Shown one piece after another: positions 48,689-63,800 of a stretch of DNA of 64,000 nucleotides. The DNA comes from Nymphaea colorata (taxonomy: Eukaryota), in contig NC_045138.2 in NCBI RefSeq assembly GCF_008831285.2, forward strand, positions 37,386,001 through 37,450,000. The letters run 5' to 3'. The notes beneath the pieces are model-generated. The model was given only the letters and a program-made list of their open reading frames with translations, did no database searches and was not told where the DNA came from. Numbering within the stretch: the stretch's first letter is position 1; every line of letters starts with the position of its first letter. The position numbers and the translations under genes were made by a program.

Positions 48689-48882
48689 TAGGGATGCTAA
48701 AAAGTTTGTATTCGGAACACCTGACCCAGCCCTTACCGAATTCAATTTAATCTGATTTCGCGTGATTTGGTTCAGATTCAAGCTCATGTTTCGACCTTGT
48801 TTTTAAAAATGGAATTTGGATCTGACCAGTATAAGATTCGATATTTATTTATGAATGGATCAGATTTGTTGTTGCATCCTTA
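48689..48882. mobile_element. Short family-B hAT-like MITE remnant
   Basis: TAGGGATGCTAA ... TTGCATCCTTA inverted ends with GGATC/GATTC repeats inside. TSD not recognisable. Confidence 0.45.
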
Positions 48883-50624
48883 ACAGACAATGGACTCAAA
48901 CTTCATTGCTGTGAAACTGCATAGTATATTCAAATAAGACTAGCAATTTAATCAGGATTTCCGTTGAAATTGATTATGTGGTTCGTTTACATCCTCATTC
49001 TTGTGGTAATATGAAATCTTTTAGGAGCAGTTTGGCATTAGGAACATATCATCATGTCAGTCTTTCGCGACCTTGCTCAAATATTGAAATAGGTTTATGG
49101 AACACTTCGTATTGTAGCAATGCACTACTTCGATTGGACTTCGGTCTGGATAATCAGATCCAATCATAAGATAATCTGAGCACGAGTGAAATCCACGGTC
49201 TGTTTTCCGGCTTAATTTTCTGATTTCTTGAAGGCCGAAATTCCTGATCTTGGCCGCACATGCCAAACGCTCCTCCTGCCCGGCGATCAAGCAAATAGGT
49301 CCGAACTCCAAACCGACTCGGTCAGCGTATTCAATGCAGTCCCCGTTCGAATCGGCTGCCGGCCTGGCTGGACGCCAAGATTGACCGTCCCTACGATCTT
49401 CCTCCCCACTGTGGGTTGTTTGTCATCGATGCCCCTCCAAAAGGGTTGGTAGGTACCGACTACTGAATAGGGTTCACCGAAACAAGGGTCGGGTCCACCT
49501 GGATCTTTCAACTGAGTCTGAACATCCATTCAATTGCAGTAGCGGAGAGCTACATGTGGGCCATTGCCCACACCAACCAACACCCGTCCTTGAAAATTTT
49601 TATTAAGAAGAAGCTTGAACCTCGGTCCAGTCCGATTAGTGCCGACACCAAACTCACGTCAATGCTCCATAGGCACCCAACCCACTCAGGTAAGCGCCCT
49701 TTTGTTAAATTGTTTTTGGTTCCGCTGTGATTTGATTCCAACTGAAAGGGATAGACAGAGGGAAACTTCCTTTGACATCAAATTGGATATACCAAATGTC
49801 TCAAAAGGCATAAGCAACGGGGCGGCAAAGTGGCTCACATTTAGAAAGTCCGAAGTTTGAATTTTGTGGTCACCGTCATGCATCAGTGTAAGCAAAACCT
49901 GGTTGGGTCAAGGCGATCTAAACCTGTTCCATCTCCTTACTAATTGCTCCTTCCTCTACTTTAGCGACGACCCACACATTCAAATTGGCAGTGTGAGAGC
50001 CACGGCATCGTTTTTGACGATTTCAAAAAATTATATCGCCAAAAGATAGGAACAATTATTGATGGGCATAAGGATGTTAGTCATGGTTGCATATATGTCA
50101 GACCTTGCATAAGCCAAAGTTTGCTCAGTCAAGCAAAAAATCTTCAGAATAGTTTTCTCTTTCGAAAGTCTTGAAAAACTTATATGCACGTACTTCATAT
50201 ATGTCGTTGCTAGCTATCTAGCCTTTTTAAATGTTGGCTACAGACAAGTTAAGTTGGTTTCCATATTTTGTATCACAAACTTGAAAGTCGTGTTGAATAA
50301 AGCCAAGAAACATCGACTTGCATTATTGACTTGCACATAGAATGAACTTAATATATGGCCCATGGAGTTTAGTGTAGTCGGTTTAGGAGGGCGACTACTA
50401 TAAGGCTAATTGTTGGTGTTGATCTGATCCTCGTGGTCATGGTCATGGGTATTTGTCTTGGCTTGGACAAGTTGAGAGAGACTTTGAGGGCAGGGGCCCA
50501 TACTAGCTTTAATTGGTGTTTTATATGCGGAGGCAGGTGTGGGTGGGCAATTGCCTACACAGACCGTAAAAAAATTGAAAAGAAAGGGAAATGCTGAGTT
50601 CCCTTATAACAGTGAGTGCTACTC

Positions 50625-50798
50625 CGCCAAGGATCGGGGACCTTTCTTCAATTTTTGTTTTTCAATTTACAGATATTTTTTTTTTTAAATTCATGTATCT
50701 TACATAAAAAATTTTGAAAAATGATATTTTAGTCCTTATTATTTTCAAACCATAATTTAGCCGGACCCTCACATAAAAAATTTCTAATTCTACTCTGC
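50625..50798. mobile_element. Degenerate family-A MITE
   Basis: Core ATTTTGAAAAATGATATTT...ATAAAAAATTTCT is shared with 6559-6746. Flanked by the direct repeat GTGCTACTC (50616-50624, 50799-50807). Confidence 0.5.
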
Positions 50799-51171
50799 GT
50801 GCTACTCACCGCTAAAGCCTGCTTAGGACCACAACCACAAGCTATCCTTTTTGAACCACAGGAGAGCTAGATTCCTTGCTGTCACATTTTAGCAAAGTCT
50901 TTAGTTCAAAAAGACGTTTGATTTTCTCTCGGAAGCGATTTGGCATCATATCAAGGGACGGCGATGCCTCGAAGAGCCAAAGAACAACATTCCCTTGCGC
51001 GTGGACCCTATATGTGTGTGTTTTATTTGAATACGAGCACTAGTTATATAACGATTTTAAATATATAGTTATAATAAAAATAATAAAAAAAAGTAAATAA
51101 GTATTTTCATCATTTAGTATTAACTTTTTTTATCGTGATCTAAACAACATTAATTAAAGAGCTAAATAACT

Positions 51172-51215
<44 letters not shown>

Positions 51216-52898
51216 CCTATTTTTTTCGAATGATTTATGGGTGAGCTTGCTTGGTTGTAGCGGGCAGTTTCCTTATCAATATACGCGGATGACCGAATAC
51301 TGACAAGTTTGTGCCGGTTTCCCACGGTTGACATTATCGGATCACATGGGCCAGTAGAAGTCCAAATGATTTGAATGGCGAAAAAGAACAAAACTATTTT
51401 AAATATTTTGAAATAAATATCGGCCGGAATGTTGAGGAGTTTGAAGGGAGAGGGAATCCGATCCGATACTTACGAGTTTCGACGTGGTTTCACACTGCTG
51501 GCAATGCATTTGGAGGAATCTTTGCTTTTTTTTTTTTTTTTTTTTTTTTAAGAACAAGTCAAACGGATCGTGGGTCAAGTCAAGAGGAACGATAGGAACT
51601 AAAAAAAAAGATTTTTTCAATATATATATATTTTTTAAAAAAATATTTGAGATGACCGAAACTCTGAAAATGGCGTCGTGTATGGTTGTCGCGGAGGCAC
51701 GAAGGAAGAGTGAAATTGCTCACGCGGATAGTCTCATTCATGCCCGAACCACTTAATTATAGGGAGTAGGGAGTTCACGTAATTTTTGAATATATGTAGA
51801 GTACACTTTTTACTGTTCTATATGCACATGTGAATGTGAGCTTTAACAACTTCCCCAAACTTTTAAAAATTTGAAATTTTACTATTAAAGATTAAATTTT
51901 TAAAGATTTGGAAAATACATAATAGCTGAAAATATATGGTAGCTGTCTTGTCTTGCTTTAAGGAAAACCTAATTTTGATAAAACATAGTTTTGTTAAAAA
52001 ATATATATATAGCCCCCTTAGGTTATTAAAGAAACAGGTTTTGATGTGTCAGCTAAAAAAAGGGTTTTGAAAACTCATTAAAAAACTTGGTTTTCATAAA
52101 ACCAAGTTTTCAAAAAGCTGGATTAGTACAAAAGTTAACCTTTTTTGTATGATATAAGAATTCGTAAACTGTGTCAACTATTTAAAAGAGTTGACATTAT
52201 GCAAAAAAAAAAAGTTAACGAAAAACTAAGTAAAAGAGTGATAAAAGAAATAACAGTAAAAAATTCAGATTAAAATATAAGGTTGGTTGAACGCACACAT
52301 ATAACTAGTCGAAATTGGTATCTCCCAGACTTCCTACATTAGGGATAAAAACTAGATCTCTTAAATTCTTATTACAATATATTTAAAACAAAATAAGAAC
52401 ATTCTATAATTTTTATAAACACTGATTTAATGTAAATCAAATCTTAATTCAAGTTGTTTTGCAAAAAATGTTGATTTTTTTACTAATAAAATTATTATAT
52501 TACGAGAACCATTCATTTTTTTTTTATTGCTACCAAAACATTATTCAACTACAAAAAGATTATCTTGGTATATGTTTCTGATCAAAATATTCATAAGATC
52601 ATATCTGTAGAATTGAATTATGCAAAAAAAAAAAAAAAGCGCTATGGCAACCAATTTGGAAGGGTCTGTTTTATCCCTCGATCTGCCAACCCAACAGCGT
52701 TCCTGCCGTTGCAGCAGTAAGCTTTTATTCGGACGTGACATCTCCTTCATGGGTATACTTTCCTATGTCTACAAATTTAGATAAATTAAATGTGTCCATA
52801 TGTCTCTTCTGCCAACGCACGTCGATGTGGCCCTGTGGGTCTCCTTTGAGACTAAAAATAAATATTAAAAAAGCAATTCAAGATCTGATTATTTCACC

Positions 52899-53123
52899 TT
52901 GACCTCATATTTTTTTTTTCCAAACTTTTAAAATCATGCATTAAGAACTCCATCATCTTTTAAATCCATGTGTATCTAAACAACACATCGGGGAGATTCA
53001 ATCCATCTTTTAACTAAAAAAAAGAAAAGAAAAGAAAAAAACTCAGTCAACTGGGTCTGGGAATCTGAGCCCATTAAGTAGTTGACTTTTCCAGTAACTG
53101 TAATGGCACTCATCATTAGTCAA
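52899..53123. promoter_or_regulatory. Cluster of four W-box cores (TTGACC/T) upstream of the receptor kinase
   Basis: TTGACC at 52899, AGTCAA at 53045, TTGACT at 53082, AGTCAA at 53118; 0.7-0.93 kb upstream of the ATG. Confidence 0.35.
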
Positions 53124-53823
53124 TCTAAGTTAGAGTAACGCCGAAACCAGTGGGCTCTCTAGTCGTCGAAGTGTTCATAAAATCAAGTATCACGAACCAA
53201 ACAGTGGGTCTTGATTGGTTGCAACTCCGACCAGAATAGTATATTAAATGGAACGTAAACTTACACCGAAACAACCTAAAGCCAGCGTTCTAAATACATG
53301 ATCTAATTCAATATTTGCTCTTTTGGATCTGGGGATCTACTAATAGAGATAACTCGTGCACATGCTGTATCGGGTCCGAGCTAAATGTAAGGTTCATATC
53401 AGGAAACTTTTGTAAGGTTCCTTGCTTAATTTGAGACTAAATGTAAGGTTCATATCAGGAAAATCGGAAAGATCAGGCCCGTATTTAACAATACGCCTAA
53501 AAGGCAGGCATGTAAAGACAATTTTTCCAAATTATGAACCACGCTTTCTCATGTGATTATTTTTAAAATGGAGGGCAAAAATGGAATAGAGTGCTCTCTG
53601 CATCGCCCGGCGGGCGGCTAAGGCTACATGCCCACCGTACCGTACCGCTCTCATATTTCGGGATTAAATCCAAATTAGTTAAATATTATTTTGAAATCCG
53701 CGGAACGTAGCTGGCGTTCATCCGCCCACATTAAAGCAGATGGAAGAGGAGTGACTTCGTCTCTTCTGATTGGGAAGCTCCTGTTCTGTCCCTCGTTCTA
53801 CTTCCCGACGCGGAGCGATACGG

Positions 53824-56800
53824 ATGGGAAGGGGACTTGGCATTCCGGCGGCGCTCCGTACTCGGCGCCTCCGTCTTCTTCTGCTTGTTCTCCTCTGCGT
53901 TTCTTTGGATTTCGGAGGGATCTTCATCTTCCGATCCGACGCTGCTGCTGCGCTCCCGAAGCAAGAAGGTCAGGATTCCACTAGCACCTTTTCATTTTTC
54001 TTTCACTCGTACTTCCCGCTGGACTTCGAGAGTCCAGATGTTGATCTTGCTTTGCTTCGTCGATTAGTCGGTTTTTCCTTGAGCTCGGGTTCGGGGAGTG
54101 GGCGAGCATTTTTTGCATCTCGAGTGTCGATCGAACAAATCGTTTGTTCAGCGTGAGGATTAGTGGTTTTCTATCTTTTCGTGAGCTGTGGAGTGGAATT
54201 TTTCTTCAGTTTGCTGTGCTTCTCCTTATCGATCTATCTTGACTCGAAGAACGTGAGTGACTGTTCGTTCTTTTTGAAGATTATGTAGTCAAAGGGTGGT
54301 TTCAACGAAAAACACTGTTGCTTCTGCCCCCTTTTTTGCGAACTTTAGAGGAAGCTCTCACTGGTCCTAGTTTTCTCGCTTTTTACTCGTTTTTGGTAAA
54401 ACGATTGAATGTGTGAGTCGAATTCCGACGTTTTGAGTTTATTCAGTCAAATTTTTTTATTAAGTAGATCAGTGTTTTCTTCGAGAAGCAATCGAACCTC
54501 ACTGACAAGAACTGAAGCTACTGTCTTCGAATTTCACGGAGCTAATTTTATGATTTGCGTCTACGGTTGACGAAACCACGTGAGTGCAAATCGCGATCAA
54601 ACCGAATGTAGTACCCTTTGCTGCTGCCCAAATACGCGTGATCCAAACCCAAAAGTCGGCTTCGACCGCACCGCAGTAAGGGTAGGACCATTTTGAGGGC
54701 GTTTTAGGCCGATCGGATGTGAATCTAAGCATGTCTTTTTGCGGGGTTAGCTTCTTTGAGATCAACCTAGTTACTCTATCATTTTAGAAATCATGTGGGT
54801 TATGTTTTCATATCCTGAAATCTTTTCTGCAGATTGATATGTTTGTATATCTAAAACTCTTATTTTCGGTAATTTCCCAAGTTAACAAATACTTTAGCAA
54901 AAATTATTAAAAATAGTATGTGCAATTTTTAATTAAGTGGTACAATTTTTTAACTACTTACTAGCACAACAAAAAGTAACCAAACAGAATTTTATCATTG
55001 GTCGTGTGATCATCAATTACCTTCGTGTCGCTTTAAGTGGTACGGGTTCTTGTATTTAGTTATATTTCCAGAAGGTTCCTTCTTTGTCTTCAGTAACGTG
55101 AGAAAATTAATCTTTTATTCTCTATAGACAAAAAAAAAGTATATACAATGAATGATGACTTCAGATTATTCTATATTCTAAATCTTCAAAAAAATTTAAG
55201 CAGATCGCAAAAAGATGATTTTGATTGTTTAGTATTTACAATTGGGAATAAACTACTAGAGGTCCTTGTCTTTTTTTTTCCCTAAACTTTTGTAGATTAA
55301 AAAAAGAGGTACCTTATCTGAATTTTCAAGTGATCCACATGAGAAGGGGTAGGCTAGGATGGTGAAGATAATTCAACTGAATAAAACCTAGAAACCATTT
55401 ATTGTTCTAAAGATCGGGTGGCGTCTGGGTGCCAATTGGCACAATTACATGACCGGTCCGTCCGACTTGGTTGAAAGTTTAATGGGTCAATGAAGGTGTT
55501 CAACAAACGGGGTTAGCTACACGTCGTCGTCTGAAAAGGCCCACTTGTTGCTCCAGGCACTAGAGTTGAATAGCCTGTAGTTGATCAAACTGCCTGGGGT
55601 TGCCCAGCGAGGGGTTAGAGGCTTAGAGTTAGAGCGCGCCACCTGCCAAAGCACGCTCCTCTTCCTTCCCGGAGGGGAGGGCGTTCCTGTGACGTTTCAT
55701 TCACCAGGCATCCTCATCGTGATCGAAAAGCATTGATTTTATTTACTTATTTATTTATCACGGCTGCGGCTGAAAGGAGTAAAAATGAAAGTAGCGGTTG
55801 TCGAGCAGTTGGAGGCGAATATGCTGATGCAATGAAGCGAGCTTCAGAAAACCAACAATCGAACTTCGCTTAGACTGAAGAAAAGTTTAAATTAGCATAT
55901 GGCGGTTTATCTGAGGGTGGGCTTGGAGGCCTGGTGCTGTGGTTGCATCCTATTCTCTTAACCCTAAATCCTACTGCTGATAGCGGTTTATATATTTAAA
56001 AAAAAAAAAAAAACCATATATGCTTCCCAAATTACTTTGAGATACAGTTTGAAATTTTGTTGACACGATTAATACATATGATTATAAATACTATTTATTA
56101 ATTGGCTGTATGTACACTATAATGCACTAATCTAGTTATTTTTACTGAATTAGATGTAACTATTTTATTCATAATCGTTTGATGTATAATTAATTATTTT
56201 TTATAACCATTCAATGTTGTGACTGAGAGTTCTGCTCATTATTTGATGAACCCGTACACGTGAAGAATGATCAAGCAACATCTTGCGAGATGATGCATAC
56301 GGCAAAATGAAGACTATTGGATTTTTAGGATGCCGTCCGTCATTGATTAACTTTTAACCACGAATTCAAAGTCTCCAGAAGTTTGCTAAATCTTCGTTTC
56401 TTTCCAATGTGGTGAAAACTGAAAAGGCGTCTCCCAGTCCGTATTCGGCCGCCGGCTGGTAAGTGTTCGCTGGCTTTGCTGTACGCGAAGGTCCGTTGCA
56501 GTTTCTTTCATTTATAGGCTAACATCGACCCAATAAATGCCGTATCGGCTCGAATCGGGCATTTACAACTTGACTTTATGATTTTTCTGTAAATTGTAGA
56601 AAGAATAAAATTTGAGATAAGGGAAAAAAAAAAGTCAATGATTTTTCTTTCTCAGTTTTTTTTACTCTTGGAAATATAATTTTCCATAAGAAATTTTATA
56701 AAATATGCTCTAGTTTTGGTAAAATAATAAAAAGACGTTTAAGACTTGCTTTCCTTCATTTAACTGCCTAGATTTTAGGGTATAGCGGTTAATTGAAACA

Positions 56801-57786
56801 AGTAATTGCGAAAACTGATACGTAATAATTATAAGATGTTTGTGTGTCTCAAGGTTTGTCGATCGGTGTCTCAAGGTTTTCCGTTTTCTTCTGATAGTAA
56901 ACTTCTTAGCTCGGTTTATAAAGGGCTTCTGTTCGGCTCCAGAACTGCCAATATATTTTACTACTGCTACTGCTGCTGCTTATTGAAATCCATTGAAGTT
57001 CTAGTTTATCAGAAACATTTTTTTCTAGCTTGTAAGTTGGAGATATTCAGGAGCTAAGAAATTCTTTCACATGCAATCATAGATAAAGCAGTCATCTCAT
57101 TAGCCAATTAGCGTACATTACTGATTTCTTGTTTCATATTTTCAATAGTTGCCGCTCTTAAGCAAATCGCAAAAGAACTTGGACATAGAAAGTGGAATTT
57201 CACGATAGATCCTTGCTCCGGAACTGGTGGGTGGAATGAAACTAACGGGGAGGAGGTTAATAGTGTCACTTGCGATTGTTCATACAACAACAGGACGGTT
57301 TGCCACATCACGAGCATGTATGCAATCTGGAAACATCTTATATTTTTAGTTGCGGCATGTGTGGTTTATTCACCCTTTTACGGCCTTTGAACTGCAGTTT
57401 GCTGAAGAACCTAAACCTTTCGGGCGTGTTGCCTGCAGAGTTTGCTAATCTTACCTTCCTACGAGTCCTGTAAGAAAATTATTAGCGGCTTTCATTTTTA
57501 TTATTATTGTCCAAAGCATGGTCATTCTTGTTCTAATCTTTTCCGATTGATAGTTTTCTTCTCTAATTTCCTGGGGCTGCTGTTACGTTCATGTCTAATT
57601 TCCAATAAACACGGATCAATTGAGGGTTCTGTTAATATATATGACCTACTGTAAAAGGAGTCGTTGTAGGTTGTTTTCAACATTATCCATCTGCAATCGT
57701 ACCTGGGCCTTGCTCAGCGTCTATGACATGGGTATGGGTAAAGTGTCGGCATGGATACCCGTATAAGTATTGGACACCGCCGTGTG

Positions 57787-57834
<48 letters not shown>

Positions 57835-60800
57835 GATGGGATTAAAAGAAAACCCAATTACAATTAGACTTCGAACAATTTTAATCGAGTGTAAAAAAGG
57901 ACGGACATAACAATGGGGGCGTTGATTACACCCAACACAGTTAGCACCATCTCCAGGCCATATGCGACAGCATACCAGTAATGGAACCCGTGTCCGTGTC
58001 GGCTGTGTCGACATAGGTACTCGCATCCAAACAAGGGTGTCCATGTTACATAGGGGCGTCTATGTTTACTCATTTGTGCTGCGATGGAAAATAATGCTAC
58101 TAGATTTCCAAGAGGCGAAAAGTGACTAGTACCTTTAAGCCAACTTGTCCTTGAAAGAGCAATAACTTGTTGCCGCCCTTACTTTCGTGGGTTTGTTTAC
58201 CTATCCTAACCAGGGAATTTAGTTGAGGGCTTTAAGTTGTTATCGAAATTTTGGTTTCCTTGTACTTGTGCATCCGCAGGACAGAAGGGTTATATATGAT
58301 TCTACGGCTTTGATTTCTTTAATAAAACTAAGTTGAATAGGATGTTGGAAGATCAAACGGTTTAGCAGATGCTAATTCAATGATAGTATCAAGTATCACA
58401 GCTGTTAACAACTCAGACATACGCTTCTCAAGCTAATCCTGTAAAGATGTGTTAGTAACCAGTTTTCCTCTCCTTGTTGGGCTTTTATAATGTGATCGTA
58501 CTATTTTGTCATTTTCGCCTTTATGCATCCTTCATTACGTCACAGATTGGATTCTGAAATCCAAAAAGCAAATTTCATCTCTTATATTGGAATTGGAAGG
58601 AATTGTTTGCTATACTTGGCACTAACTTGGCGTTTCATTGTAATAGTGATCTGACACGCAATTATCTCAATGGATCGCTACCTGCTGCATGGGCTTCCTT
58701 ACCTTTAACTGACTTGTAAGTACACTGCAGCCTCAGAACTTGTATATTCTGTCTCATGCTTCGTGGACATTTCCTTGTGCTTTATCTAGTTGGTTACTCT
58801 TGTGGTTAAAGTATTTCAACAGCTTTATTTATCTAAATATTTTTTCTCTTCAGATCTATCTTGGGAAATCGTGTATCCGGATCCATCCCAAAGGAATTTG
58901 GAAACATGAAAAACCTTACATCACTGTATGTTTATACTCCTTTTATATTTATTGGCTGACAATTGCGATTTGATTTTTGAGATTTTATCACGTCTGATTT
59001 CCTTGTCTAGGGTACTTGAGGCCAACCAACTTGAAGGGCCTCTTCCTCCAGCACTTGGTAACTTGGCAACTTTGGAGAGATTGTAAGTTTCTATGGTATT
59101 CATGTTAGTTGGAAACTCCTGAAGCATGCATACCTGCTTTCTTTCAGTCGTTATTTGCTTAATAAGATTTTTATTTTTCAGCAACCTTTAATACTCGCAG
59201 GCTCATAGGCTCAAACAATTTTACTGGACAGTTGCCTGACACATTCTCCAAGTTGACAAGTTTGACAGATTTGTAAGTGCATTTAACATAGAGTGCTTGC
59301 GAGTTTTTTGCATTTATGTGCTCATAAATGATTTATATGGCAGTCGAATACATGGGAACAATCTCTCAGGAAAGATACCTGACTTCATCAAGAGCTGGAC
59401 AAGACTTTCATCCTTGTAGGACTTTGCACCCTTAAGCTACTCCTTGTTTGTCAATTATATGGACAAAGTAGAGGATCTGATTTCTATCCTTGACCCCTGC
59501 AGAATGATCTTTGGAACATCCATGCAAGGACCTATACCTGAGAGTATTTCTTCTTTGACAAATTTGACAGATCTGTGAGAGCTCCTATCATGGCATTTTA
59601 ACATCATCTGTACTGAGAAAATGGAAGGAATTCACTGAATTATTGCTTGTGCAGGAGGATTACTGACATTGGAGGACCAGGTTCACAGTTCCCACCATTG
59701 CAGGACTTGCAAAATATCAAAACACTGTAAGTTTGAAAGTTGAAACAGTCGATTGTTCCTTGCAGGCAAGCAACTAGGTACTTACACCTTCCAATGTTTG
59801 TGGATATCATGATGCAGGATACTACGGAACTGCTTGCTTTCAGGTCCAATCCCAGACTACATTGGTAGAATGGCAAAACTGAAAACATTGTGAGACATTT
59901 TATTTTATAAATAAAAATTTGTGGATGTGATACCATTAGATACTCGTTTTGTATTGATATTTCCCAACGCAGGGCCTGCATGTGAGTCAGCATCCAGCCT
60001 TTGTATAGATTTAGTGAATAATATGCTTTACAAATTGAATCCTCATGCTTGCATAAGTGGGAGGGAGCTATTCTCTCAAACTCATATGTATGCCAATCTG
60101 CTTGTTCATCAGCCTGAGCCTTTTAAAATAACAAACTGGCAGATCAAATACTCCATAATATTTGGTTTTCAAAATTGTTAAACTGATTTTATTAACATTA
60201 TCAGGTACTAATAACTGTAATAATTTCTATTTTCATCCAAATCAGCTAGGGCTTGTTAAGTTTGTTTAAACTGGCAACACTTTTCAGCAGCTTTCTTTTT
60301 TCTAAGCCACCTGAAAAAGTGAAATTATGTGAAGCACACCAAAGATGATTTGCAAGGAGATGCCATTAGAAGAAATAAACAGCACCAATGTTGTAAAGTG
60401 TGTCCTAGTATGTGTGTCGCTTGGGCAACACTGATATGTAAAGTAATCTAAAAAATCATAAATTCTTTTTTAGAATATCTGAAAAATGAAAAAATTATAA
60501 ATAAAAATAGGGAAACCATTTCCTGAAAAACATGAATTGCACTAACACAAAAAACGAAACACCTATCAAACTGACCTTGTATAGTAATTAAAGTATATTC
60601 TTTAAATCAAAACTTGACTAAAGTCCCTAATACATAAGTCCAAAAGTAAAATTTCGAGTGCACGATTTTTTAAATTTAAGTTCCTGATAAAAGAACTCTT
60701 TGAATAATTGAAGAGGGAGTGATAAGGATTTGATGGTTTCACTATGTTCCTTTGCTTTGCTAGGTTCTTTTATCCCACTAGGTTCTCCTGCTCCACTGAG

Positions 60801-63800
60801 TGTCTCTCAATGTGGGGATTGTACAATTGATTTTGTTCATTTACATCTTTAGGGTCAAGGACAATCTGATTTTTTATCATATTGGGTAAAGGTAGATATT
60901 TTGTTGTCAGCCCTGAGTGAACTGTTCGAATTATTCACACAGATCAAGTGCATTTTCATGTAAATGCATGGCAGCGGACATGGATCACCATTTTGTTAGC
61001 TAACTAGATGCAACATATGGACACAAATATTGATTACGAGAAAACATAGTATATTTCTTTTAGGCATTTTTAACTGATAATATTCATTTGCGGGATTGTG
61101 AGATCTTCCAACAAATTCAGCTATTGCCAAACCTAGGTCAATACTAACAAAGGAAAGCTTGTTTGATGATTATCTAAAAATACTTTTTTCAGAAAAGTGT
61201 GATGATTTTTTACCTTTGATTCAAAAGACCTCTACACAAGATCAGTCTCGCACGCACAAAATCACAAAATCGGCTACGAAAGGTGCTTTTCTCCTCAAAT
61301 GCACAAGAGTATCCTCACACACAACTCCTAAGAGTGTGTTACACTTAGGTCTGGAGGACTTTTAAAGCCAAATGAAAAAAGGGTTCGGACCTCCTTTTCT
61401 GCCAAGTCTATATTGCGAAATATTGACTGCATCGTGCAATATGGTACCATATTGTACAATACACGCATGACACCTGCGTTACACCCCTCAAAGTAGGTTC
61501 AGAGTTTCTATTATATCTGTTTCAGTAATAGTTATATTATATAACCTAATGTATCATATTTTATAGTATGTTATTTATAACATGAAGCAACATTCTTCAA
61601 TGGATTATCCATGCATATCTGTGACTAGTATTGAAAAAACTGGCCTTGCTTAGTTGTTCTAAGAAGGGAATATGAACGTTTAGCAGCAATGCAATACATT
61701 ACATGTATTGCTTATCATTATTTAGTCTTATGTTTAAATTTTGTCATGAATAAATACACATGTAAAGTTTTTGACACCACCTAATCTTGTAGAGACCTTT
61801 CATTCAACAATTTGAGTGGAGATGTTCCAGAATCATTTGAAGATCTAAAAAAACTTGATTTCATGTAAGTTATCATGCTTTCATTTTCCTTTTCAGATAA
61901 TTCATTCTTTAATCTAATGAAACTTGACTTGGCATAGGTTGTCGTGTTTTCCTTTTTCTTTTCTGATTATTCATCTATATTTCGAGCATGATATCTCAGC
62001 TCTTTTTCTCAAATTAAAGTGAAAATTTGTGCAAAAATTTTGGATGCAGGTACCTGACAAGCAACAAGTTGACTGGTTCAGTACCCAGTTGGACTTTGAT
62101 AAGCCAAAAGAACCTGTAAGTGTCTGTAAATGCAGTAATCATTTAGAATTTTAGGTAATAAATGTCATGAACGACGTGTCATGCTCTTTTTCCTCCTAAC
62201 ATGCTCAAGGTAGTCATATCTTGAAAGACAATTTTCTCAATATTGCAGCCTCAGTTCTCGTATCGGGCATTCCATATTGTTAGCTTAAGCATTGAAAAAC
62301 TTCATTGTTTTTCTCTCCATTTTGATTGTTAGAAGGGAATAAAATGTCTGCTTCTAGAATATGCAGCCATACTCCTGATATCTAGTGTGGTGTCCGGACT
62401 TCATAGGAAGGTGGGTACTATAGGCCACAGATAGCGATATGCATGAAAGGATTCCCTTTAAGACTACCTGCTTTCAAGTCCTTTTCTGTTTGTAATGGAA
62501 AAGACGTATTATTTCAGACTTTTTTCTAGATTTTTTCAAATGACTTTTAGGTTATCACTTTTAGCTTTCCCGTTTTTAAAATTGTCATCATCATGCTGCT
62601 TTTGTTGAAGTTACGGTCCTGAATCTTTTTGCTTTAGCATTTGTATGATATGCTTTTCAGTGAACGTCATCTTATTTAATCTGATCTATGTTCTGGTGCT
62701 GCAGGGACCTCTCAAATAACACATTCACTGGGGCTCCACGTTCTAGTTGTTCGGAGGGCAACTTGTAAGCATAGTAAAAAAATTAATGTTATGAAATTGA
62801 ATTAAAGAGTGGAATGGTTTATTATTCATAGCTCAGAAATATCAAAATGGCAGTCTTTCCCTGCTATGTTTTCAGCCAAAGTTTGAAGCATCACGATTTC
62901 ACAAGAAATGTCCTCTTTTCAGATATTATTTATGTACTAATGTATGTATATTTTACCTTGCTTTGCCTTTTGACAATTTTTAGAACTTCTTGTCTTCAAG
63001 AATTCTATTTTAAATATGCTTCTTTCTCTTCCATCAGCTCGAAGTTTAGAAAATGGTGGAAGAATTGCTTCCAGAAAACCCATAATCTCTATAGGCGTTT
63101 CTCTACAGTTGTAACTCATGATATCACCTCCTTCAGTTGCGTTTTTCTTTTTATGTTGTTTCAGTCGCTAACCTTTTCTCCTCAACCACTACAGGAATTT
63201 GATCGGTGCCTACTCCTCTATGAAAGATAATTCGTAAGATCATCATTCCTATAGAAAGTGTTAAATTACTTTTATGCTTTCATTTTCCTCTTCTTGAGTT
63301 GTGCTCATGTGTCGAAGTAAGCTGGGGATGAGAAACCGTATCAATGCTTTGTCTGGTAATGGTTTCATAACGGTTTACTTTGTGAAAACAAAGTAAACCA
63401 AAGTCTGCTATATTGGCTACCCAGAGAACCAACTTCACACTTCACAGTATGGCCTCTATCTGTCTTGCATTGTTTAGGTGAGCAATTGCCTTTGACCAAC
63501 TTCACCCTTCCCTCGCTTGCCCAAGTTTAATTCCTGTTTGAATGATCCTTCCACCAGGTGAAAGGAAGCATAGGTATGGCATGCACATATCAGTGCAATA
63601 AACATCTGCAATCCTAAATTCGTTTTGTCTACATAACTAATTGAAAAACAATCAAATTTTTGGTGACGTGCAGTTATGGAGTTCTATTGATCAGACTAAC
63701 ATATCAAAAGTTCTTTTAAATATATAATGTTGCTGCGATTTGTAATACAATTTCATCTTTTACAGAATCAATTCATGTTTGAGAAAGGACTTTCCATGCT

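Noticed and set aside
49200..49530. GC-rich patch with several short ORFs; possible retroelement or gene fragment
   Set aside because: No recognisable protein motif, LTR ends or clear primer-binding site; a database search would be needed.
55490..55730. GC-richer patch with an imperfect hairpin in RLK intron 1 (organellar insert or structured RNA?)
   Set aside because: No identifiable tRNA/rRNA/snoRNA motifs or organellar gene match by eye.
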